From: Lama glama
Taxonomy: Eukaryota
Length of the DNA stretch: 64,000 nt
Direction: 5' to 3'
Assembly (NCBI GenBank): GCA_028534125.1
Contig: CM052817.1
Span: 76,262,001-76,326,000 of the forward strand
Shown in pieces: positions 54,441 through 64,000 of this stretch. A program made the position numbers and the translations under genes. The stretch's first letter is position 1. Every line of letters begins with the position of its first letter. A model generated the notes under the pieces. It was not told the DNA's origin. It worked only from the letters and a program-made list of their open reading frames with translations, and did no database searches.

Positions 54441-57400
54441 GACTTCTGGTTTTCAGTCATGCAGCAGATAAGGAGCTTAGAAGTCATAATTCTATCCTAA
54501 CAAGAAAAAGCTGAAAAAACTAGAAAAAAATCAACAATTTCTCCTTAGAGCTGTTAGAGAACTGAAGTCTCAGGGCAAACCACTGTCCTTCAAGTTGGAG
54601 GGACAGACAAGCAGACATAGAGCATCACAACTAACCAGGGCAGCAATTTCTGCAGTAAGCGCTGTGTGGGTTGGGAAAGCTAATCATAATGGAAGAATTT
54701 CTGGAGGCTCAGTGAGGACAAGTTTGAGAGTTAAAATATCCAAGGGGATCCAGTCATTGCAGGATTTTTACCTCCGCATAGCAATTTTTACCTCCAGGAA
54801 TTCTACAGCTCCTCACAGTAAATCCTGGAGAAAAGCCTCATGCATCTGGCAGGGGGAGGAGAAAAGAAACCATTTTGAAATATTCTAGAGAATTCTGTTT
54901 CTCTTTACAAAGCCAGCCCTCAGGAGGAGCAATTTTACTAGAGCCTAACATGCTGGCATTCTATTAGAACCTGAACCGCCTGGGGCATGGTAATACCCAA
55001 CTCCAGCTGGCTCTAATGTTCCACACGAGGAAAGGAAAACGCCCAGCTGCAGCCCTCTCTAGTTAACCTATCCCACATAGAGGGGATGGGGGAGACCTTG
55101 AGAGGCACTGGTGAAGTTCATATAGTTCAGGGACTCACCAAAAGTTACAGGACTATAAAATGATTTCTCCTTCCACTATCTTCCCATGGCTACTTACAAA
55201 GATTCATTACCCAGGTTATCATATTCACCTTCCAACAACAACAACAAGAACAAATATGAAGCATATTAAAAGGCAAAAAACATAGTTTGAAGAACCTGGA
55301 CAAACATGAAAACCAGAGTCAAGCATGGCAGAAATGTCAGAATTACCATACTAAGAAGCTGGCAGTTTCTTTTACTCAGTACAGCACATCCAGCTCTCAA
55401 GAAAAAATTATAAGGAACAGCAAAAGGCAACAATTTGAAGACTCAGAGCAAGCATCAGAAACAGACATGAGCGAGATGTTGGAATTATCAGACCAAGAAC
55501 TTAAAACAACTATGATTTAGACTGGACAAGGCTGAGAAAAGGACCTCTGAGCTTGAAGGTATCTAAAAATTTTTAAAACTGAAAAGGAAAGAGGACAAAA
55601 ATTGAAAAAAAACCCCACAAGAATATTCAAGGACTTTGAGAAACTACAAAAGATGTAATATATCCATAGTGAAAACACCAGAGAGAGAAGAAAAACAAAA
55701 GAAACAAGAGATATTTGAAACAATAATCACTGAGAATTTCCACAATTTAATTTCAGATACCAAACAACAGATTCAGAAAGCTCAAAGAGTAACAAGCAGG
55801 ATAAATGTCAAAAACAAACAAACAAACAATACCATGGACTATAATTTTGAAAACATATAAAATCAAAGATAAAGAAAAATCCTGAAAGAAGGCAGAGGGA
55901 AAAAAACCCCCAAATTGCCTATAGAGAAACAAAGCCAAGAATTACATCTGACTTCTCCCCAGAAACCATGCAACTGAGTAGAGAGTGAGAAGTATTTAAA
56001 GGGCTGAAAGAAAAGAAACCCCATTAACCTAGACTTCTGTATCCTCCAAAATTATGTGTTAAAAGAGAAGGAAAAACAAAGACTTTCTCAAACAGACAAA
56101 AAGTAAGGAAATATGTTTCTAGTAAACCTACCTGGAAAAAAATTTTAAAAGAAGTTCCTTTAGAGAGGAGAAAAATAATATAGATCAGAGACTTGGAACA
56201 ACATAAAGAAAGAAAAAGCATTGAAAGATTAGGTGAAGGTAAAATAAAAGCTTTTAAAAAGTTCTTAATTGATGTAATGATCTAACAGATGAGTTTCTTC
56301 AAAATGATAAAAGCAACAATGTATTCCATTATTTATGCTCATGGTTATATACACATATATGTACATATATGTACATGTATACATATATGCTTATGTATGT
56401 TTAGATATAAGTGAAATGAATGGCAGAAATGACAAAGGGGATGGGGAGGACACTTAGAATTATTTTGTTATTATAAGATACACTGCCTGTGTAGTAGCAT
56501 AGTGTTATTTAAAAGAGATTTGAATTAACTATAAGTATATGCTGCAAACTCCAGGACAATCAATAAAAAAAAATTCAGAAAGGTAAGTATAATTAATATG
56601 CTAATAAAGGAGAGAAAATGGAATAGTATAATTCCGTTTTATATAATGTATTTATAAATAATGGTATAATTATGCTCAATTAACACCACAAAGATACAAA
56701 AAGTATGAAAGACAAAAAGAAAAATAACAAAACAAATAGAAAACAGTAAAAAAGTATAATATATACTAACCCAGCATTATCTATAATCACTTTGAATATC
56801 CATGGTCTAAATGTGCCAATTAAAAGAGATTGTCAGAGTAGATTAAAAAACAACAGGTAACCATATGTTGGATGCGAGAAACTCACTTTAAATATAAAGA
56901 CATATAGATTAAAAGTAAATAGATGGGAGAAAAATACTATGTGAAGATTAATTAGGTGTAAGCAGGAGAGGCTGTATTAATTTCAGAAAGAGAAGACTTC
57001 AAAGCAAGGAAAGTTATCGAGGATGAAGAGTATTACATATAATAAAGATGGTCAATTCTCCAAGAAGACTTATTCTGTAATGTGTATACACCTAAAAGCA
57101 GAATGTCAAAATACATGAGGCAAAAACTATAGAACTACAAGGAGAAACAGATGCATTCACTAACATAGGTGGAGACTTCAACACCATTCTGTTGAAATCG
57201 AAAGATACAGCAGACAGAAAGTCAGTAAAAACATAGATGAACTCAACAACATCATCAATCAACTGGATATAATTGACATCAGAGAAAATTTCATCCAACA
57301 ACAGCAGAATACACATACTTCTCAAGCTAATATGTAACTTTCAACAAGACAGACCACACTCTGGGCTATAAAACACACTTTAAATTTAAAAGAGAAATTT

Positions 57401-59090
57401 TACAATGTCTGCTTTCAGACCACAATGGAATTAGCCAGGATTCAGTAACAGATAGATAACTGGAAAATTGCCAAATACTTGGATATTAAACAATATACTT
57501 CTAAATAACACATTGGTAAAAGAATAAATCTCAAGAGAAATTAAAAATTACTTTCAGGAAAAATAAATTAAAAAATAATCTTCTAAAACTTACATAAGGA
57601 GAAATATACAATCTAAATAGCCTATATCTATTAAACTGAATAAATAATTAACAACCTTCCAAAACAGAAAGCACCAGGCCAAATGGGTTCACTGATAAAT
57701 TCTACTAAACATGTAAAAGAGAAATTATACCAATACTATCTCTTTCAGAGAATAGAAGCAGAAGAAATACTTTATACCTCATTCCATGAGGCTAGCATTA
57801 TCCTAGTACTAAAATCAGAAATAGACATTAAAAAAGGAAAACTATAGTACAATTTTTCTCATAAACAAAGATGCAAAATTCTCAAAAATACAGTAGTAAA
57901 TCGAATTTAACAATGTATAAAAATATTTATACACCATGACCAACTGTGATTTGTCCCAGGTTTACAAGGCTGGTTCAACATTTGAACACCAATTAATATA
58001 ATCCCTCACATCAACAGACTTAAAAAGAAGAACCAGATGATCATATCAATGGATGCAGAAAAAGAATTTGACAAAATCAAACATCCATTCCTGATTAAAT
58101 CTCTCAGTAAACCAATAATGAGGGGAATTTTCTCTTGATAAAGACTATTTACAAAAAACCTACAACTAACATCATACTTAATGGTGAGAAACTTGAGACC
58201 TTCTGACAAAGATAAGGACAAAGCAACGATGTCCCCTCTCACCACTCATTTTCCACGTTGCACTGGATTTCCTTGCTAATGGAGAAAGGCAATAAAAGAA
58301 AATAAAAGGTATACAGATTGGGAAGAAGAAATAAAATTGTCTTGTTCACAGATGACACAATCATTTATGTAGAAAATCCAAAAAAATTGACAATAATTCC
58401 TAAAGCCAATAAGCAATTACAGCAAGGTTGCAGGATACCAGATTAATATACAATATCTTATCACTTTTCTACATAAAAGCAATGAACAGTAGAATCTGAA
58501 ATTTAATCACAATTCCATTTACATTAGCATGAAAATCTATGAACTACTTAAGGTTAAGTTTAACAAAATATGTACATGATCTACATGAGAAAAACTACAA
58601 AAGTCTGATGAACAAAATCATACAATTAAATAAATGGAGAAATAACTCATGTTCATGGAAAGGAAGACTCGATATTGTCAAGATGTCAGTACTTACCAAT
58701 TTGCTCTATAGATTAAATGCAATCCCAAGTGAGCCAGCCAGCTACTTTACAGATATCAGCAAACTAATTCTAAAGTTTACAGAGCTAGGAATAAATAGGA
58801 GTACAGAGGATTTTTAAAGCAGTGAATACTATAATGGTACATATATTTCATTATGCATTTGTCTAAATCCACAGAATGTAAAACACCAAGAATAAATACC
58901 AAGGTCAACTATAGACCTCTTGTGATTATGTCAGTGTAAGTTCATCAACTGTAGCAAAATACCACTGTGGTGTGGGATGTTGATAGTGGGAAAGTTTGTA
59001 CATGAATATTTTGGAACTCTGTACTTGCCACTCAGTTTTGCTGTGAACCTAAAACTGCCCTAAAAAATAAATTGTATTAATTTTAAAAAG
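54441..59090 (+). mobile_element. Old L1 (L1MC-like) with 5' UTR, ORF1 and ORF2 remnants, 3' UTR and apparent internal deletions
   Basis: ORF1-like EMLELSDQELKTTMI and IFETIITENFHNLISDTKQQIQKAQR; endonuclease motifs (ggagacttcaacacc, tcagaccacaatggaatt); RT region (ttcacagatgacac); WRNNSCSWKGRLDIVKMSVL; L1MC-type 3' end. Confidence 0.85.
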
Positions 59091-59169
59091 CCATGTCATA
59101 CTTTAACTAATATCACTTATATTGCATTATTTTTATAATATATATTTTTTAAAAAGAATAATTTTATCC

Positions 59170-60435
59170 ATTTCCAATTCCTCTCTTAACACTGTCTTTT
59201 GAAACTACCATAATTGGAATTTGGCCATGTCATTTCACCAAAATGCTTTTACCAGTTTCACCAAAGACTTCCATATTTTAAATGCGATGATCAATTTTCA
59301 GTCCGTATATCATTTGCCTGTGTATTAGCCTTTGATTTGATTGTTAGTACTTCACAGTCTCCCAGTTTTCTTCTTTATTTATTGGTGTCTCCTTTTCACT
59401 TACTGGTCCTTAATAGTCTCCCAAAGTTCTTGTTTGAGTGATTACAGAATCATAACTCCTACCACTCCTATTTACCATCTACACTCATCCAGAGGTAATC
59501 TCATCCAGTTTCACGTTGAAATCTACCTAATATATGCCCAGTATTGATCTTTTCTCTGAACTTCAGACATATGCATAATAGACATTTCTACATTTCAAAT
59601 GTAACCTATTCAACTTCCTGACCTTCCCTTTCAAAATGGTTCCTCTCATAATCTTTCTCTTATTACATTAAGGCAATCTCATTTTTCAGTTACTCGGGTA
59701 AGATGTTTTAGCATTATCCTTGACTTCCCTTGTGTGCCACATCTAATATATTGACAGATTTTTAGTTCTTCTTAGGATATCCAGAATCCAGCATTTCTTA
59801 CCACGTCTTCTGTTGCAACTCTGGACCAAGCCACCATTGTATCCCTGCAATTTTTGCCATCGCCCATCTTGCAGGCTATTCTCAAAATAACGGCCAGAGT
59901 GATTTTATTAAAGTGTAAGCCACCCCTGTGCTCAAAGCTCTCCAATTCACCTAAATCAGTGAAAGAAAAAGATTCTTTGACCTAGAGAACCCTTTATAAT
60001 CAGCTCTTTTCTTATATCCCAGCCTCATCTTCTAACATTCCCCCCTCACTCACAGTATATTTTAACATTGTGCTTCTTCTAGTCCTCAAATATTACAGGA
60101 TCCAAGGGCCTTTCACTGACTTTCTGACTCTAATACTCTTCCTGTAGACCTTATAGCTTTCTCTCTCAGCTACACTAATAATTACCTTATTGCCCCTCTG
60201 TGGTTTACTCAATATATAGCACTTTCTTCCTCAGAAATTCCTGCACCTTTCTTTATTTTGTTTTCCCTAGAGTCCTTATCATTCACTATGCTGTATACCT
60301 TATATAGTTGTTTGTATTTCTTGCCTAAATCCAAAAGTCCTTACATTCTCTTATAAATACATTTTTAGTCTCTTTTGTTACCTTCTATATCATGAGGCCT
60401 GGTACCTCCTCAAAATGTATTTGAAGGACAAATAA
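59170..60435 (+). mobile_element. L2 fragment
   Basis: Pyrimidine-rich L2-like motifs (tctctgaacttcagac, cattatccttgacttcc, ggaccaagccaccatt, gccagagtgatttt). Confidence 0.7.
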
Positions 60436-62594
60436 AGCAATTAAAATTCAAAAATTCATTATAAACAAATAGTGTTGTTATTAATTTACATCACTGGTAA
60501 TTTCTGAAAAATATTATTTACTAATTTAAACATAGATTTTATTTAGTATTTACCATTCTTTGGTACCAGATGTTAACTCTTCTACTATATTCTTTATGTG
60601 AATTTGAACGTGGATTGCATTTCTAGGCTTCTCCTCAATTTATATTCACAACTGGAAAAAATTACATATTCTCTAAAAAAATTACTACATCCAGTTATTT
60701 ATTTGAGAAGAGAGGCTTGTTTGCTTTATACTAAATACGTGCCAGAAAAATCAGTTTGCAAGAAAAATAAAATCATGACTAGAATAGATTTTGATGTTAT
60801 TTGGCTGAACATTCTCATTTTTCTTGAAATTATTTTTAAATTTAGCATTTGCTGGGATAAATATTACAAATCACAACTAAGCTAAGTGTGCTTATTCATT
60901 CCATCCATTTCTAGGGCCAACTATAGCTCATTTTTAAATTTTTCTAACAATTTAAGCTTAAATTGCTGGGCTGGAAAAAAAACAGATGAAAGTAGATTGT
61001 GGTAAAAGGAAACTGTATGATCTTCATAGAAGGTAAACTATTAAATGACCCAAATCACATAATCAATATACATAATAGCAAAATGGGACTAGGACAGCAA
61101 TAAACTTCACTTTTAGGGTAGCAGTAAACAGCACATAATGGATTCTTGGCGTGCTTTTCAGCCATTATAATCACAATAGAATGCTTCCTGGGTCTTACTG
61201 TCATTGGCCCATGTAGGCAAGGCAGATAAAACAGTGCTCATTTGTTAGGCTTACAAAGACGAAGACAATTATAGTTCGGTACTTCATGTCCATTCTTCAA
61301 TTAGAGGAAATAATAGGGAAGGAAAATAGAGATAAATAGAAGCCCCTGATACAATCTTCTAGCCTTTTCCATAGAGCCAAAGCATTTCATTATCCTCAAT
61401 ACACAAATACCCAGGATATCTTTTGCCAATGAAACCTAATTAAAATTGTAATATCAAGCTACCCTGAGACTGAAGGTCTACCTACCTGGTTTGTCCCATC
61501 ACTGTTAGCATAATTTCTTTGAAAATGAAGAATTAATCATGTTACTTACTGGCTTAAACTGCTTCTAAAGTGTCTGCTGTTTTTTAATAAATTAGATTTA
61601 CTATCCCTCCTCTGATTAGTCTCTAATCTCGTCTCCCTTAAAGTCAGTATTAACCCCTTTCTTTGTCTACATCAACTCATTTACACAGCCTTGAATGTCT
61701 CTAAAAATTCCAATCGTTTCTCATCCTTCACATTTCTTCCTACCTGAAAACACTTCTTCCCTCCTCCATGTTATCTTAACTGATAAAAGCCAACTAAGAT
61801 CAAGCTGAAGAATCACTAGTAAATGAAAACATTTCTTGACATCCTCTTACTTGCTTAGACACATCCAATTCATTGTTTAGTTTCATAATACCTTTTTTTA
61901 ATTAAAAAAATACCCCCCTAAACTGCTAGACTTTGAAATCCATAAGCAAAATTGTAACAGCCTATAATTTGCCTATTCAGTGGGCCCAACCATGTGCTAT
62001 GTCTTTAGGATATGCTTGATAACTTACTATTTAATGAGCTGCTTAATTATTTTATCAATCATACCAAAAATTACACCTGTTCATATTTTTTTAATCATGT
62101 AATGTTTCTATATGCTTATCACTGAAACTCCAGGTAAAGATACAGATTTGAGGTATGTGAGCAGTGTTAAATATTAAACAGTCCCTATATATGAATATAA
62201 AACAGTTTTCCTTACAATTATACCACAAACTCATATTATTGAATAGTTTCAGTTATCAACATACTTGCACATATATTAACTATAATATTAATAGGTAATA
62301 GTACATTCAAAAAATGTAAATTCAGACAACTACCACCCATTTTATAAATGTAAAAATAAATTAGTAAATCCAAGTATTGTTAGTCATGCTTCTGGAAATA
62401 GCTGTTTTGCTTTGATTGCAGGAATAAAAATCAGTGCAAATTTCCTTAATTCCTATTTGATCATGCACAACAAAAGGCTTTAAACTTGAAAATTCTATTT
62501 CCAAAAGTTGTTTCTCAGAAAAATTTAACTGTATATTCCCACCTTCAAATGTGTTTTATAATTATTCTGGGGGATTAATAGTATTGCAGATGAC

Positions 62595-63016
62595 CCAGGA
62601 ATCCCACTCCTGGGCTTGTATCCAGAAGGAAATCTGCTTCAGGATGACACCTGCACTCCAATGTTCATAGCAGCACTATTTACAATAGCCAAAACATGGA
62701 AACAGCCTAAATGTCCATCAATAGGTGACTGGATAAAGAAGATGTGGTATATTTATACAATGGAATACTACTCAGCCATAAAAACCGACAACATGGTGCC
62801 ATTTGCAGCAACATGGATGCTCCTGGAGAATGTCATTCTAAGTGAAGTGAGCCAGAGGGAGAAGGAAAAATACCATGTGGGATTGCTCATATGTGGAATC
62901 TTNNNNNNNNNNNNNNNNNNNNNNNNNNNNNNNNNNNNNNNNNNNNNNNNNNNNNNNNNNNNNNNNNNNNNNNNNNNNNNNNNNNNNNNNNNNNNNNNNN
63001 NNAAAAAATGTTAAAA
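62595..63016 (+). mobile_element. Young 5'-truncated L1 (ORF2 C-terminus plus 3' end; contains 100-N gap 62903-63002)
   Basis: Open frame YPEGNLLQDDTCTPMFIAALFTIAKTWKQPKCPSIGDWIKKMWYIYTMEYYSAIK. Perfect 18-bp flanking repeat AATAGTATTGCAGATGAC at 62577-62594 and 63017-63034. Confidence 0.9.
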
Positions 63017-64000
63017 AATAGTATTGCAGATGACTTTTATGTTTTTCCTGTAATTTTTCTTACTTTTCTCCTGTGCATATATATTAATTATAATTAGAAA
63101 ATAATAATAATGGCAGAAATTTTTACATTGAAATAGTTTTTGACAATCAACAAAATATTGATAATTATATACATAAGGACAATATTCTCACAATATAAGT
63201 TTTATGATTACTACAATAGTCCACACCTCTGTATACATTAACTCTTCTCTGTTCCTAAGATGCATTGACACGGATGCTGGGATATCAGCATGTGAATATA
63301 CATAGAATACAATAATGTCAGTAAATAACCTTGTGGACATATGTGGACAGAGAACAAAGTCAAGTTAATTTTTCAAAGTGCCTGAGTGAGTGAAAATATT
63401 TTTTGCTTTGGAATCTACATCTTTAAACATAATCCACAGAAAATATTTCCATATATTAAAGGTGAGGCATATATGATATAAAGCTAAAAAGGGATTGTTT
63501 AAAGTGGCGATCTATAATCCTGGAGCCAACCCCCCCACACACACACACACACAGTTTATCTTGGTGGATTAGATCAGGACTTCTGAGAACTAGCATCAAA
63601 AATGATACCATTATCTCATCTTGAACGATAATTTTTTTCCCTTTGTCTTTTCTTTTTCCTTTCTTCTTTTCTCTTTTCTTTTATATTTGATTGTTCTAAA
63701 ATTCCTGGCTATGACCACTAACTTGGATTCAAGAACAATTAATGGGGTCTGATTCCCAGTGTTTAAAATGCTGCTGTACATTTCATGCCTACTGGATTTA
63801 TTTATATACCCTATTCAACACCGAATAATGTCACATTTCTCCTTGTCACAAAATTAACGTGAAAATAGACTTTGAAAATTTTTATAAATCTCTTGTTACT
63901 TGTGAGGGTAAATATTTTAATGTATTTATTAGTCATAAAGAAACAATCAGAAAAATCTATATTAAGGTATGTTCTACAAGACAACTAACCCAAACTATTC

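Overview
AT-rich mammalian gene-desert sequence, most likely camelid (alpaca, llama or camel), judged by five tRNA-derived Vic-1-like SINEs and cetartiodactyl-type L1 3' ends. Four assembly gaps are present (three of 500 N, one of 100 N). The only gene-like unit is an intronless TRAM1L1 (TLC-domain TRAM1-like retrogene) on the minus strand, about 16525-17647, with a well-preserved CpG-island promoter. Its coding sequence is disabled by an ATG>AGG start loss, a net +10 nt insertion containing TGA, a +1 and a -1 frameshift, and two further nonsense codons, making it a candidate lineage-specific unitary pseudogene. The rest is transposon debris (L1, L2, MIR, MaLR/ERVL LTRs, MER58). Several insertions are structurally informative: a TSD-flanked L1 that appears to lack almost all of ORF2 (HAL1-like), an internally primed L1 endonuclease fragment, and a tiny twin-primed L1. 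I found no CRISPR array, RNA gene or new multi-gene system. Repeat subfamily names and reference protein comparisons are from memory and need RepeatMasker/BLAST confirmation.
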